A stretch of 64,000 nt of DNA from an uncultured Chloroflexia bacterium (GTDB taxonomy: Bacteria > Chloroflexota > Limnocylindria > Limnocylindrales > CSP1-4), in assembly GCA_963813335.1 (NCBI GenBank), contig CAWEYL010000002.1:1-64000 (forward strand), in the 5' to 3' direction. Below the pieces are notes generated by a model. That model had not been told where the DNA came from. It saw nothing but the letters and a program-made list of their open reading frames with translations, and did not search any database. Of the stretch, positions 46,902-61,534 are shown in pieces. How positions within the stretch are numbered: position 1 is the first letter of the stretch; every line of letters begins with the position of its first letter. Position numbers and translations under genes: made by a program.

Positions 46902-48116
46902 TCACGCTCGGGCGGTGATCACCGCGGAGACGGTCTCGCCAGGCTGGAGGATGGGATCCAGGCCCTGCGGCTTCTTGGAGATCACGTAGGCGATCGAGCC
47001 GAGCACGATGACCGAGAACACGCTGATCACGCGGTCCAGCAAGGCGATCGCGGTGGCCTCCGGGAGCGGCACCTTGTAGGCGACGACCAGCACGCCGACC
47101 ACGCCCGCCTCGACGATGCCGAGGCCGGCCGGGCTGAGCGGCACGGCCGTCAGCAGCGACCCGATGAGGGCCACGAAGACGGCGCCCGACAGGCCGAGCT
47201 CGACATCGGGGAAGCCGAGCGCCTGCACCACGAAGTAGAGCCGCAGCGACTCGGTCATCCAGATCAGGACGGTGATGGTCCCGAGGAACGGCATCTGGCG
47301 CAGCTTGAGGGCGCCGAAGACGCCCACCTCGAACTTGTCGTACAGCTCGATGACGCGGTGCGGCAGCGGGAGGATGGTGAGGATCTGCCGACCGAAGTTG
47401 CGCATCGTGAAGAGGCCGACGGTGAGGAGGACGACGACGCCGAGGCCGATCGCGAACACGACCTGGATCGCCGGCGGCAGGCCGTCGCGGAAGCTCCAGT
47501 AGCCGGCCAGGATGCCGAGCAGGGCGATCGCGATGACGTCGAGGACGCGCTCGATGAAGACGGTCCCGAAGGTCTTGCTCAGCGAAGCCGTGCTGTTGAT
47601 CTTGAGGAGGTAGGCGCGGTAGAGGTCGCCGAGCTTGGCGGGGACCACGCAGTTGACCAGCCACGAGAGGAAGATGATCACCGTCGAGTCCTTGGTCCCG
47701 ATGATGAAGTCGGTCCCGCGGAGCAGGGCCTTCCAGCGCGCGCCGCGCAGGGGGAAGCCGAGATAGAAGATGGCGAAGGCCACGGCGACGAGGGCCGGGT
47801 TGGCGCCGGCGATCAGGCCGGGCACCTTCGCGAGGTTCGCCCCGTTGAGGCCGATGAACGCGGCGATGATGGCCAGCGGGACGAGGATGGAGATGATCGT
47901 CCGCGGCTGGCGCAGCCGCTTCGACAGCGAGATCTGCTCGGCCGTGACCTCCTCGTCTGCAGCCGGACCGTCCGCTGGCGTGGCCGGCACGGGCTCGCCG
48001 TCGGGGCGTGCCGGGATCGCGTCCAGGCCGGGGCTGATCTCCATCGCCCCGGACCCTATCGAACCGTCCGGTCCGCCCGCCATCGGCCGATGGTCCTCCC
48101 CGCCCGGATCGCTCAC
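46902..48116 (-). CDS. lysylphosphatidylglycerol-synthase-TM / AglD-type flippase-like membrane protein
   Basis: RGARW, NCVVPAKLGDLYR, ERVLD and PAGLGIVE. Confidence 0.82.
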   Translation of the reverse strand: MSDPGGEDHRPMAGGPDGSIGSGAMEISPGLDAIPARPDGEPVPATPADGPAADEEVTAEQISLSKRLRQPRTIISILVPLAIIAAFIGLNGANLAKVPGLIAGANPALVAVAFAIFYLGFPLRGARWKALLRGTDFIIGTKDSTVIIFLSWLVNCVVPAKLGDLYRAYLLKINSTASLSKTFGTVFIERVLDVIAIALLGILAGYWSFRDGLPPAIQVVFAIGLGVVVLLTVGLFTMRNFGRQILTILPLPHRVIELYDKFEVGVFGALKLRQMPFLGTITVLIWMTESLRLYFVVQALGFPDVELGLSGAVFVALIGSLLTAVPLSPAGLGIVEAGVVGVLVVAYKVPLPEATAIALLDRVISVFSVIVLGSIAYVISKKPQGLDPILQPGETVSAVITARA

Positions 48117-48835
48117 GTCGGACCCCCGGCCGGCGATCCCGCCGATCCCGCATCCGGCTTGACCCGGCCGTTGCCACGGGCCCGCTGGACGAGCTTGGCG
48201 ACCGGCGTCCAGAGCCGGACGAGATAGGTCGCGCGCCCCGGGACCAGCTCCACGCCGTTCGCCAGGGCGGCGAGCAGGCCGGCCGCCGTCGAGGGATCGC
48301 CCTCCATCGCGGAATAGGCCACCCCGACCTCGGTCACGGAGTGCGCGTCGGACACCGCGACGATGGGCCGCCCGTGCTCGGCCGCGAAGGCGATCGCCTG
48401 CTCGTTGCCGTTGCCGACCAGCCGGGCGTTGTGGCCCTCGACCCAGTCGACCATCCCGACGAGCGACGCCATCCGGGCGTCCCGCAGGAGCGAGCCGCGC
48501 ATCCGGTCGAATGGATGGGGGATCCCGACCAGGCCGCCCTGCGCCCGCGCCTCGGCCACGGTCTCCGCCGCCGAGAGGCCGGGCGGGATGGCCCGCTCGA
48601 GGAAGACGCAGACGAGGTCGCCATCGGCGGTCTTCACCTCCTCGCCGACGATGACCGTCAGCCCGGCGGGTGCCGCCGCGCGCGCTTCGAGCGCGCCGTC
48701 GATCCGGTCATGGTCCGTGATCGCCAGGTGCGTCAGCCCCCGGCTCGACGCCGCCCGGACCACGTCCGCCGGCTTCGAGAGGCAATCAAAACTCGCCCGG
48801 GTGTGGCAGTGCAGGTCGACGAACGCCCTACCCAT
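48113..48835 (-). CDS. PHP domain metal-dependent phosphoesterase
   Basis: DLHCHT, AITDHD, GEE, PHP and SDAH. Confidence 0.85.
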   Translation of the reverse strand: MGRAFVDLHCHTRASFDCLSKPADVVRAASSRGLTHLAITDHDRIDGALEARAAAPAGLTVIVGEEVKTADGDLVCVFLERAIPPGLSAAETVAEARAQGGLVGIPHPFDRMRGSLLRDARMASLVGMVDWVEGHNARLVGNGNEQAIAFAAEHGRPIVAVSDAHSVTEVGVAYSAMEGDPSTAAGLLAALANGVELVPGRATYLVRLWTPVAKLVQRARGNGRVKPDAGSAGSPAGGPT

Positions 48836-48940
48836 CGGAGCGAGTGACGGTGGAGCGAGCCGTCGGCGGGCGTCCGCCGCGCGGAGCCGGCGCCTCGCGC
48901 ACGGCGCGCCGGCGCAGTGCGGTGGACGGTCGGCGCATCC

Positions 48941-49939
48941 TCAGATCTGCTGGACGAGTGACTTCTTGAAGAAGTCGAAGTGCTCGAGTGCCAGGCCCGT
49001 GCCCAGCGCCACGCAGTTCAGCGGGTTCTCGGCGACGTGGCACGGGACGCCGGTGACCTGGGTCAGCAGCTTGTCGATGTTGCGCAGGAGGGCGCCCCCA
49101 CCGGACATGACCATGCCCTTGTCGATGATGTCGCTCGACAGCTCCGGCGGGGTCTGCTCGAGGACGCTGCGGACCGCGGCGACCAGCTGCTGGAGCGGCG
49201 CCTCGATGGCCTCCATCACCTCGGAGCTGGTGATCGGGATCGTCCGCGGAAGCCCGGCGATGAGGTCGCGGCCGCGGACCTCCATCGTCAGCTCGCGCTC
49301 GAGCGGGAGCGCGGTCCCGATCTGGATCTTGACCTCCTCGGCCGTCCGCTCGCCGATCATCAGGTTGTACTTCTTGCGGACGTAGGTCGCGATCGAATCG
49401 TCGAACTTGTTGCCGCCGACGCGGAGGCTGTGCGAGACGACGATGCCGCCGAGGGCGATGACCGCGATCTCGCTGGTCCCGCCGCCGATGTCGATGATCA
49501 TGTTCCCGGACGGCCCGCTGATCGGCACGTTGGCCCCGATCGCCGCGGCGAGCGGCTCCTCGATGAGGTAGGCATCCTTGGCCCCGGCCTTGAGCGCGGC
49601 GTCGCGGACGGCGCGCTTCTCGACGCTGGTGACCCCGGCCGGCACGCTGATCATCACCTCGGGGCGCGACAGCCCGATGCGGCCCTTGGTCGCCTTCGCG
49701 ATGAAGAAGCGCAGCATCGCCTCGGTGATGACGTAGTCGGCGATGACGCCGTCCTTCATCGGGCGGATGGCCTGGATGTTGCCGGGCGTGCGGCCGATCA
49801 TCTCGCGGGCTTCCTCGCCCACGGCCACGATCCGGTTGTCGTCCGAGACGGCGACGACGCTGGGCTCGGTGATGACGATGCCCTTGCCTTTCACGTAGAC
49901 GAGGACGTTGGCGGTGCCGAGGTCGATGCCGATCTTCAT
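48941..49939 (-). CDS. mreB: rod shape-determining protein MreB
   Basis: [19 protein letters not shown] and DIGGGT. Confidence 0.95.
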   Translation of the reverse strand: MKIGIDLGTANVLVYVKGKGIVITEPSVVAVSDDNRIVAVGEEAREMIGRTPGNIQAIRPMKDGVIADYVITEAMLRFFIAKATKGRIGLSRPEVMISVPAGVTSVEKRAVRDAALKAGAKDAYLIEEPLAAAIGANVPISGPSGNMIIDIGGGTSEIAVIALGGIVVSHSLRVGGNKFDDSIATYVRKKYNLMIGERTAEEVKIQIGTALPLERELTMEVRGRDLIAGLPRTIPITSSEVMEAIEAPLQQLVAAVRSVLEQTPPELSSDIIDKGMVMSGGGALLRNIDKLLTQVTGVPCHVAENPLNCVALGTGLALEHFDFFKKSLVQQI

Positions 49940-51282
49940 GAGGTGGTGGCCGTGGTCCCTTCCGAGACGCGCTCGATCCTGGCCCCCAGGTCGAGGAACT
50001 TGCGCTCGATGTTCTCATAGCCCCGCTGAACGTGGTGCGCACCGTGGATCGTCGAGGTGCCGTCGGCCGCGAGCGCGGCCAGGATGAGCGAGGCGCCGGC
50101 GCGCAGGTCGCCGATCTCGACCTCGGCGCCGTGGAGCGCGGCGCGGCCCGTGATCGTCGCGTGCTGGGCGTCGGTCGTGTCGGCCACGACGCCCATCCGG
50201 CGGACCTCGAGGAGCCACTCGAGACGGTCCTCGAAGATGGCCTCATGGACGCGGGAGACGCCCTGCGCCTGGGTCAGCAGCACGCAGGTCGGCGGCTGGA
50301 GGTCGGTGGCCAGGCCCGGATACGGCGCGGTCTCGATGTCGACGGCGCGATAGCCCGAGCCGTCCAGCGCGGAGCCGTCGACCTCGATGGTGTCCGCGCC
50401 GCAGGCGACGCCCACGCCGACCTGCTCGACGGTCTCGAGGAACGCGCCGAGGTGGTCGCACGGCGCACCCTCGAGCGTGACCTTGCCGCCCGTCACCGCG
50501 GCGGCGACGACGAACGTCCCCGCCTCGATGCGGTCCGGGACGACGCGGTGCTCGGCCCCGCGGAGCCGCTTGCGGCCCTCGATCTCGATCGTGTCCGGCG
50601 CGGTCCGCTCGACGGCGGCGCCCATCGCCACGAGGAACGCGATGAGGTCGTCGACCTCGGGCTCCTGCGCGGCCGGGCGGATCGTCGTGTGGCCGTCGGC
50701 CAGGGTGGCGGCGAGCATCGCGTTCTCGGTGCCCATCACCGACACGAAGGGGAACGTGACCTCGCCGCCGCGCAGGCGGCCCGGCGCGGTCGCGAAGTAG
50801 TAGCCGTTGCGGTAGTCGATCGACGCGCCGAGGGCGCGCATCGCGTCGACATGCAGGTCGACCGGCCGCCGGCCGATCCGGTCGCCGCCAGGGTTGCTCA
50901 TGATCACCCGGCCGAAGCGCGCCAGGAGCGGGCCGAGCAGGATGAAGCTGGCGCGCATCTTGGCCGCGGCCTCCAGCGGGACGAACAGCCACTCGACGTC
51001 GCCCGACGCGATCTCCATGGTGTTGGGATCCGGTCGGTCGACCACGACCCCGAGGTCGCGGAGGGTGTCGGCGAGGACGCGGACGTCCTCGATGTCCGGG
51101 ACGTTCGTGAAGCGGCAGCGCTCGCCGGTCAGGGTGGCCGCGGCCATGAGCTTCAGGGCGGCGTTCTTGGCCCCGCTGATCGGGACGGTGCCGTGCAGGG
51201 GCTGACCACCCTGGACCCGGAAGAGCTCTCGGGCGACCGGTTCGGGGCGGTACTCCCAGTGGAACGGCCTCGCGTCGGCCAC
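49936..51282 (-). CDS. murA: UDP-N-acetylglucosamine 1-carboxyvinyltransferase
   Basis: [35 protein letters not shown] and RGYE. Confidence 0.95.
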   Translation of the reverse strand: MADARPFHWEYRPEPVARELFRVQGGQPLHGTVPISGAKNAALKLMAAATLTGERCRFTNVPDIEDVRVLADTLRDLGVVVDRPDPNTMEIASGDVEWLFVPLEAAAKMRASFILLGPLLARFGRVIMSNPGGDRIGRRPVDLHVDAMRALGASIDYRNGYYFATAPGRLRGGEVTFPFVSVMGTENAMLAATLADGHTTIRPAAQEPEVDDLIAFLVAMGAAVERTAPDTIEIEGRKRLRGAEHRVVPDRIEAGTFVVAAAVTGGKVTLEGAPCDHLGAFLETVEQVGVGVACGADTIEVDGSALDGSGYRAVDIETAPYPGLATDLQPPTCVLLTQAQGVSRVHEAIFEDRLEWLLEVRRMGVVADTTDAQHATITGRAALHGAEVEIGDLRAGASLILAALAADGTSTIHGAHHVQRGYENIERKFLDLGARIERVSEGTTATTS

Positions 51283-51284
51283 GC

Positions 51285-51714
51285 TCAGCCCCGGTGCCTC
51301 GGACCCTCGCGGTGACGCCGCTCCGCGACGCGGATCCGGAGGAGGGCCGCCTGGAGCTGGGCGCGGGCTGCGGCCAGGTCGGCCGGCTCGCCGGTCGAGG
51401 ACTTCGACGGCCCGCTCCGCCTCGCGGCGGGCCTGCTGCGCCTTCTCGAGGTCGATCTCGCTGGCCATGTCGGCGGTCTCCGCCATCACCACGACCCGGT
51501 CGGGGCGGACCTGCAGGAAGCCGCCGACGATGGCGAACGACTCCTCGGTGCCGCCCTTGCGGATGCGCAGCTCGCCGACGCCGAGCATCGACACGAGCGG
51601 GGCGTGGTGCGGCAGCACCCCGAGCTCGCCCTCGGCACCGGGCAGGACGACCGCGTCGACCATGTCCGAGTAGGCGAGCCGCTCCGGCGTGACGATCTCG
51701 AGCAGGAGGGACAT
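51285..51714 (-). CDS. atpC: ATP synthase epsilon (one extra base ~51405)
   Basis: LEIVTPE and [11 protein letters not shown]. The C-terminal helix ([14 protein letters not shown]) is in the shifted frame, stop at 51285-51287. Confidence 0.9.
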
Positions 51715-51715
51715 G

Positions 51716-53129
<1,414 letters not shown>

Positions 53130-53157
53130 GGGGTTCAGCCTCCTGCGTCCTTGGGCG

Positions 53158-54009
53158 TCAGCGGGCGTTCGCGCCGGACGCGATCTCGATCATCTCGCGG
53201 GTGATGTTGGATTGACGGACCTTGTTGTACGAGAGGGTCAGGTCCTCGATGAGGTCCTCGGCGTTCTCGGTCGCGTTCTTCATCGCGACCATCCGGCTCG
53301 ATTCCTCGCTCGCCTTGGCCTCGAGCACGGCCTGGTAGAGGCGCGTGGCGACGAAGCGCGGCAGGAGCCGCTCCAGCACGTCCGAGGCGCTCGGCTCGAA
53401 GATGAACTGGTTGCCGGGGATCCCCTCCGTGTCGGCGGTCGGCTGGATCGGGAGGATCGTCAGCTTCTCGGGGCGCTGGACCAGGGTCGACACGAAGCGG
53501 CTGTAGACGACGTCCACCGAGCCGTACGTGCCGGCCAGGAAGTCGTCGGTCACGAGGCGCGCCAGCGGCAGCACGTCCGAGAAGGACGGCCGGTCGCCGA
53601 AGGTCGCGAAGTGGGCCTCCAGCGGGACGCCGGTGCGGCGCATCGCGTCGCGGCCCTTGCGCCCGACGGTGACGACCGCGAGGTCGCCGGGGTTGTCGAT
53701 GATGTCGCGCGCGACGAAGCGCACGATGTTGGTGTTGAGCGGCCCCGACAGCGGCCGGTCGGTCGTGATCAGCACGATCAGGCGCTTGCCCACCGGGTTG
53801 GCCGCCAGCAGCGGATGGTCCTCGCCGCCGAGCACGGCCGCGAGGTCGGCCAGGACCTCGTCGAGCTTCTCGCTGTACGGCCGCGACGCGAGCGTCGCGT
53901 CCTGCGCTCGCTTGAGCTTGCTCGCCGCGACGAACTGCATCGCCCGCGTGATCTGCTTGATGTTCTTCACGACGCCGATGCGGCGGCGGATGTCGCGCTG
54001 GCTAGCCAT
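53158..54009 (-). CDS. atpG: ATP synthase gamma
   Basis: [21 protein letters not shown] and RQSNITREM. Confidence 0.95.
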   Translation of the reverse strand: MASQRDIRRRIGVVKNIKQITRAMQFVAASKLKRAQDATLASRPYSEKLDEVLADLAAVLGGEDHPLLAANPVGKRLIVLITTDRPLSGPLNTNIVRFVARDIIDNPGDLAVVTVGRKGRDAMRRTGVPLEAHFATFGDRPSFSDVLPLARLVTDDFLAGTYGSVDVVYSRFVSTLVQRPEKLTILPIQPTADTEGIPGNQFIFEPSASDVLERLLPRFVATRLYQAVLEAKASEESSRMVAMKNATENAEDLIEDLTLSYNKVRQSNITREMIEIASGANAR

Positions 54010-54029
54010 GGTGCCGGTCCGTCCTCGAC

Positions 54030-55565
<1,536 letters not shown>

Positions 55566-55577
55566 GGATCAGATCTC

Positions 55578-56123
55578 CTAGAGGGCGCCCGACACGAGCT
55601 GGTTCCGCAGTCGCTCGAGGCGGCCTCGGACGCTTCCGTCGATCAGGCGGTCGCCGATGCGCACGACCAGGCCGCCCAGCAGGCTGGGATCGACCTGGAC
55701 CGCGAGCTCGACGGGGCCGCCGGTGGACTGTTGGAGGCGCTCGGTCAGGGCCCGGACCTCGTCCGGGGTGAGCGGCGCGGCGGTGATGGCGGTGGCGACG
55801 GTGATGCCCTGGCGGGCGTTGTCGAGACGGCGGAACTCGGCCGCGATGGTGGCCAGCTGGTCGAAGCGACCGCGCCGGATCATCAGGCCGATGAGGTTGA
55901 GGACCGGGCGCGAGACCGACGACCCGAAGGTCGACTCGGCCATCTCCAGGCGTCGCTCGAGCGGGATGGCCGGGTTGGCCAGCTCCCGACCGATGCGAGC
56001 GTCGGACGCGACGTCCGCCGCCAGGTCGAGCTCGGAGCGCCATGCCTCGACGGTCCCGTCGCGCATGCCGACCGAGAACGCGGCCTCGGCGTAGCGTCGC
56101 GCGGCCGTCTCGCGGGTCGCCAT
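55578..56123 (-). CDS. atpH: ATP synthase delta
   Basis: ARRYAEA and LLGGLVVRIGD..IDGS. Confidence 0.93.
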   Translation of the reverse strand: MATRETAARRYAEAAFSVGMRDGTVEAWRSELDLAADVASDARIGRELANPAIPLERRLEMAESTFGSSVSRPVLNLIGLMIRRGRFDQLATIAAEFRRLDNARQGITVATAITAAPLTPDEVRALTERLQQSTGGPVELAVQVDPSLLGGLVVRIGDRLIDGSVRGRLERLRNQLVSGAL

Positions 56124-56695
56124 CAGTTCTTCGACCCGCCGGTCATGCTGCCGCTGAGGAACTCCTCGACGAGGCGCCGCTGGCGCTCGTCGGACATCGT
56201 CTCCCCGACGACCCGGCCGGCGGCCAGGAGCGCCAGGTCGGCGACCTCCGCACGGACCTCCGAGATCGCCCGGACCTTCTCCGACTCGATGTCGGCGGCG
56301 GCCCGGACGCGCAGCCGTTCCAGCTCCTCGCGGGTGCTGGCGATGTCGGCGTCGCGGGTCTCCTGGGCCACCTTCTGGGCGCGGTTGATGATCTCGTTGG
56401 CCTCGCGGCGCGCCTCGGTGAGCGTCGACACGCGCTCGGACTCGGCGTTCTCGCGGTCGCGGCGCGCCTGCTCGGCGTCCTTCAGGCCTTCCTCGATCCG
56501 CGTCCGGCGCTCGGCGAGCATCCTCCGGATCGTCCCGCCGAACAGCAGGTTGAGGACGACCAGGAAGACCAGGAAGTTGAGCGCCGAGACGATGATCCAG
56601 AAGCCGTTGATGGCGAGCCCGGACGACTCCTCGGCGGCCGGCGCGATGGCACCGACGCCGCCATGGAACGTCCCGACGATCGCGAGCGGGTCCAC
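56123..56695 (-). CDS. atpF: ATP synthase b
   Basis: TM NFLVFL followed by a long coiled coil; operon position. Confidence 0.9.
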   Translation of the reverse strand: MDPLAIVGTFHGGVGAIAPAAEESSGLAINGFWIIVSALNFLVFLVVLNLLFGGTIRRMLAERRTRIEEGLKDAEQARRDRENAESERVSTLTEARREANEIINRAQKVAQETRDADIASTREELERLRVRAAADIESEKVRAISEVRAEVADLALLAAGRVVGETMSDERQRRLVEEFLSGSMTGGSKN

Positions 56696-56719
56696 GATCG
56701 GTACTCCAGTCGCCTACGG

Positions 56720-56932
56720 CTACTTGAGGACGATCGCGAGGATCGCGACGACGATCGCGAGCACGCCGAGGCCTTCGGCAAACGCCGCGCCGAGGATGAA
56801 CTGCGCCCGGATGCTCGGGGTCGCGTCGGGGTTGCGCCCGATCGCGGTGGCCGCGAGGCCGGTCAGGATCCCGATGCCGATGCCCGGGCCGATGACGCCG
56901 AGAGCGGCAAGACCTGCGCCGATGTGCTCCAT
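56720..56932 (-). CDS. atpE: ATP synthase c
   Basis: GPGIGIG, RNP and AFAE. Confidence 0.95.
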   Translation of the reverse strand: MEHIGAGLAALGVIGPGIGIGILTGLAATAIGRNPDATPSIRAQFILGAAFAEGLGVLAIVVAILAIVLK

Positions 56933-57017
56933 GTGTTCCTTCCTCCTTGGCCCGGTCTCCGCCGGGCTTCCTGTGCCGATGGTTGGTGGGGTGGTCGACG
57001 CGCGCGCGTCGCGGATG

Positions 57018-58052
57018 TCAGTGGGCAGCCTCCGCTGCCGGGAAGCTCCGATGCTCCAGGGCCTCTTCCATCTCCGTCCCCACCGCTTCGCCGTCGTGAT
57101 GCCCCTCGATCGCGATCAGCGTGTACATCAGGGCGAGGGTCGAGAAGATGAGGGCCTGGATCAGGTTGAGCAGGACTTCCAGCGAGATCATCGCCACCGG
57201 CACCAGCACGAGCGTGAGCGCCGTGATGACTCCGAGGGCCACTTCGCCGCCGTAGATGTTGCCGAAGAGGCGCATCGCCAGCGTGATGGGCTTGATGAAC
57301 TCGAGCATGAACTCGATGAGGCCGACGAACATGTCGATGACCCCGTTGGCGATCCCATGGCGGAAGCCGCTGAGGACGAAGAACTTGCCGAGGTAGCCGC
57401 GGAAGCCCAGCGCCTGGAACCCGCGGAAGTGGAAGTAGAAGAAGGCGACCAGCGCGAGCCCGAGCGTGATGTTCAGGTCGCTGGTCGGGGCGCGGAAGGC
57501 CTCGATGCGGCCGAAGAACGGGAGCAGCCCGCTCCAGTTCGAGAACAGGATGAACAGGAAGAACGCCACGAACAGCGGGATGTGCTTGGCGGCCGCCGAG
57601 CCGCCCAGCGAGGTCGCCCAGTTCTCGAGCGATTCCCACGTGAACTCGATGAGGTTCTGGAACCGGCCCGGGATCATCTTGAGACCGCGCGTCCCGAGGA
57701 AGGCCACCAGGAGGACGACCGCCATCACGCACCAGGTGGTGAAGATCGTGTTGGTGATGCTCGGGTGGAACGACACGATCGCGCCGGGCGGGACCGGGTC
57801 GTCGGGCGCGAGGTCGACCAGCACGTGCGGGGCCGGCAGCTCCAGGTTGGCGGTGATCAGGTCGGAGATGCCGCTGACCGCCTGGCCAGGCTCGCCGACC
57901 GGGAACGGCGGCACGAGGATGAACGCGACGACGTTGAGGGCCACGACGATCGCCAGGAACGCGATCAGCCGGTTGCGGATGCTCTTCTTCGGCACGGGGG
58001 CGGCGTCGACCGGCTCACCGGGCGGGGACGCTGCGACCTGCTCGCTCGTCAC
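57018..58052 (-). CDS. atpB: ATP synthase a
   Basis: PGRFQ, PTSDLN, MRLFGN and IQALIFSTL. Confidence 0.95.
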   Translation of the reverse strand: MTSEQVAASPPGEPVDAAPVPKKSIRNRLIAFLAIVVALNVVAFILVPPFPVGEPGQAVSGISDLITANLELPAPHVLVDLAPDDPVPPGAIVSFHPSITNTIFTTWCVMAVVLLVAFLGTRGLKMIPGRFQNLIEFTWESLENWATSLGGSAAAKHIPLFVAFFLFILFSNWSGLLPFFGRIEAFRAPTSDLNITLGLALVAFFYFHFRGFQALGFRGYLGKFFVLSGFRHGIANGVIDMFVGLIEFMLEFIKPITLAMRLFGNIYGGEVALGVITALTLVLVPVAMISLEVLLNLIQALIFSTLALMYTLIAIEGHHDGEAVGTEMEEALEHRSFPAAEAAH

Positions 58053-58123
58053 GCTTGCTCCACACACAGGAGCGCGGCGTCATGCCGCGCTCGATCCTCC
58101 ACCGTCGGTCGGGGCAGACCGAC

Positions 58124-58345
58124 TCACTCGATCGTTTCCAGGAACCGGCTCACCAGCCTCATGATCGCGACGGTCCCGGCTCCAGCACCGAGGAAGAACC
58201 CGACGATCACGAAGAGTGGGAGGGTCCCCAACTGCCCGTCGACCCAGCGGCCCACCAGCACGCCGAGCAGGGTCGTGACCAGGAGAGAGATGCCGATCTG
58301 GGAGAAGAGGGCGACATAGGCCCAACCCCGGCCGGGCTCGATCAT
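58124..58345 (-). CDS. AtpZ/AtpI-family small membrane protein
   Basis: Two TMs with GRWVD..LGT.P; first gene of the atp operon. TATACT on the minus strand at 58369-58374. Confidence 0.8.
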   Translation of the reverse strand: MIEPGRGWAYVALFSQIGISLLVTTLLGVLVGRWVDGQLGTLPLFVIVGFFLGAGAGTVAIMRLVSRFLETIE

Positions 58346-58424
58346 GGGCGACCTGACAAGGCCGCGGCAGTATAGCAGGTGGGCTGCGGGCCCGATCCGC
58401 GACCGAACCGCAACCTTCGAGACG

Positions 58425-61400
58425 TCAGCGGAGGACCGCGAACGCGTCCAGCTCGACCCGGCCGTCACCGACGGCGCGCACCTCGAACGTGTGGGCCCCG
58501 AGGGTCGCGAAGTGGCGGGCGAAGATCAGCTGCCGGTAGGCGACGGACGATCGGGCGAGGTTGACGGTGGCGGCCAGGATCCCGTCGACATAGACCTGGG
58601 CGTGACCGCTGCCTTTCGAGCGCGACACGACCAGTGCGATGTCGGTCGCGGTGGTGTGCAGGACCGCGACCCGGTCGCCCGAGCTCGTGTAGCGCACGGC
58701 ACCGCCGAGGGCGTCCGGGCGCCTGGCCGACGTCCACGTGCCGCCGTAGCCGATGGCCGCGTGGGTCTCCTCGTAGCGCCCGAGCCGGAACGTCGGCCCG
58801 TACGCGTAGGCGCCGGCGTTGCCCTCCCGGTCGTACGCCTTGACCCGGAACCGGTAGGTCTTGCCGTAGGCGAGCGTCTGGTCGATCGACGTGGTGGTCG
58901 CCTTGGGGAGCTTCACGGTCTTGAACGTCCCGCCGTTGGTGCTCACCTGGAGCAGGTAGCGGACCACCCCGGAACCGTGATCCGACGCGGACCAGCGCAG
59001 GTGCGTCCGGGTCGAGGTCGCGCTGAGGGTCTGGGCGGGCAGGCTCTGGATCGGCGCGACCGAGATCGGCCCGGCGGCATCCCGGTCGACGGTGACCAGC
59101 ACCACCGCACTGTCGGTGTCGCCGTGGCCGTCGTCGACGGTGTAGGTGAACCGGTCGGTGCCGTGGAACAACGTGGCGGGGCGGTAGGTGAGGCCGGTCC
59201 CGTTGCCGGTGATCGCGACCGTGCCGTGCGTCGCGCCCGCCGCGGACGCGATCGTGAGCTCATTGCCATCGAGGTCGATGTCGTTCCCGAGCACATCGAG
59301 CGCGGTCGCCCCGGCACCTTCAGCCACGTGGAAGCCGATGTCGTTGACGGCACTCGGCGGATCGTTCTCGCCGCCGATGGTCCATCGTCACCGTCGCGGT
59401 CGCGGTCCCGCCGTGCCCGTCCGAGATCGTGTAGGTGAACGAGTCGGCGCCGGAGAAGTTCATGAACGGCCGATAGGTCAGCCCCGTGCCGCCGCCGGTG
59501 ATGACGACCGCGCCCTTCGAGCCCTGGGTGACCGACGTGATCGAGAGCGGGTCGCCGTCGATGTCCTGATCGCCCGCCAGGACCGCGAAGGCGGTCGCGG
59601 GCGCATCCTCGTCGATGCCGAAGGTGTCGTCATCGGCGGTCGGCGAGTCGTTGACCGGCGTGATCGTGACCGTCACCGACGCCGTGCGCGTCGCGATCCC
59701 GTCAGAGACCGTGTACGTGAAGGCGTCCGTGCCGTTCACGTTGTCGTTCGGGCGGTAGGTCAGCCCGGAGCCGCCGCCGGTGATCGCGACGACGCCCTTC
59801 GCGCCGTCGGTGGTCGAGACGATCGACAGGGAGTCGCCGTCGATGTCCGAATCGTTGCCCCGCACGTCGATCGGCGTCGCGCCGGCGTCCTCGAGCATGG
59901 TCGCCGTGTCGTCGAGGGCGATCGGGGGATCGTTCGTCGGGTCGACGGTGACCGAGACCGTCGCCGTGTCGGTCATGCCATGCCCGTCCGAGATGGTGTA
60001 GGTGAAGCTGTCGGAGCCGTTGTAGTCGGGGCTCGGGTCGTAGGTCAGACCGGTGCCGCCGCCGGCGATGGCGACCGACCCGTGCGCCCCGTTCGTGACC
60101 CCGACGATGGTCAGGCTGTTCCCGTCGATGTCGTCGTCGTTGCCGAGCACGTCGATCGCGGTGGCGCCGCCGTCCTCGTCGACGGTCGCGTCGTCCGCGA
60201 CCGCGTCGGGCTTGTCGTTGACCGCGCGTGATCGTTACGTGGACGAGGCCCGTGTCCGTCCCGCCGTTCCCGTCGCTGATCGTGTAGGTGAAGGTGTCGG
60301 CGCCATTGGCGTTCGCGTCCGGCTCGTACGTCAGCCTGGAGCCGTCGTCGACGATCGCGACGGTGCCCTTGGCACCCTGCGTGACGGCGGTGATGGTCAG
60401 ATCGTCGCCCTCCGGGTCGCTGTCGTCGGCGAGGACGTCGGTCAACCACGGCGCCGCCGTCCTCGTTGATCGAGATCGAGTCGTCGCCAGCGGTCGGTGC
60501 GTCGTTCTGCGTGTCGATCGTGATCGTGAAGGTCTGCGGGTTCCCCGTGGGATCGCCGTACGTCACTCCTTGATCGACGATGGATCCGCCATCGTCGACC
60601 GGGGTCACGGTCACATGGGCCACCCCGTGCGCGTTCGCGGCAGGAGTGAAGGTCAGCCGGCCCTGGTTCGCGGTGCGTTGCGCGGCGATCGCAGGTTGGG
60701 TGGTGAACAGGCTCGACTCGCCGGCCCCGAGCCCGATCGTGAAGTGGATCGTGTCGAAGGCCTGCTCGTCCGGGGCGCCGTCGTCGAACGTGTTGACCCA
60801 GCCCGGGAAGCTCGCCGGTCCGCTGTCCTCGTCGACGCTGACGTCGCCATCGGACGTGAACGACGGCGGGTCGTTGACCAGGAGCACGTAGATCGAGCCA
60901 GTGACCGTGTTGGACACGTCCTCGCCGTCGGTGACGCGGTACTGGAACGTGTCCAGGGTCGCGGGGTTGCCGACGTTCCAGTCGTGGTCCGGCGTGTAGG
61001 TCCAGTGGTTCCCGGTCGGGGTCAGCGTCCCGTGGTCGGGCTGGCTGATCACGTCCATCCGGAGGTTGCCGAGCGGGTCGTCGACGTCCGTATCGTTCTG
61101 CAGGAAGTAGACGTCGATCTGCGGGGTCGCTGTGTCCTCCATGTTCGCCACGGTCTCCGGATGGGCGACCGGCGGGTCGTTCACGGCGGTCACCGTCACG
61201 TCGACCGTCGCCGTGCTCGGCCCGTCGTCGTTCGTGGCCGTGTAGGTGAACGTGTCGGGACCGCTGTAGTTCGCGGCCGGCGTGTAGGTGACGCTGGAGT
61301 CGTCGAAGGTGACGGACCCGTGGGCACCGTTGGTCTTGCCGGTGATCACGATCGGCCCCGCGTCGGTGCGAGTCGTTGCCCAGGACGTCGAGGACGTTCG

Positions 61401-61534
61401 CGCCGCTGTCCTCGTCGACGGAGACGGTAGTCGTCCACGGCGTCGGGGACCGCCGCGGCGGCGGAGATCGGGAGCAGGAGGACCGTGAGCAGCGAGGCCA
61501 GAAGGACGACGGGCAGGCGCGTCGACCGCGTCAA
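58425..61534 (-). CDS. secreted cadherin-like/Ig-repeat adhesin with C-terminal FN3-like and beta-sandwich domains (~5 frameshifts)
   Basis: Signal peptide [16 protein letters not shown]...AAAA and about 8 repeats with [V/T]NDxP and DxDGD...FTYT. Spread over ORFs 60111-61349, 59702-60445, 59320-60150 and 58425-59327. Confidence 0.75.

Noticed and set aside
49936-51714. Apparent AtpC-MurA fusion (592 aa ORF)
   Set aside because: The epsilon C-terminal helix and its own stop (51285-51287) lie in another frame; one extra base creates the fusion.
56720-56932. Na+-coupled ATP synthase
   Set aside because: The c subunit lacks the Gln and E-S/T signature (it reads GIGIG and AEG), consistent with H+ coupling.
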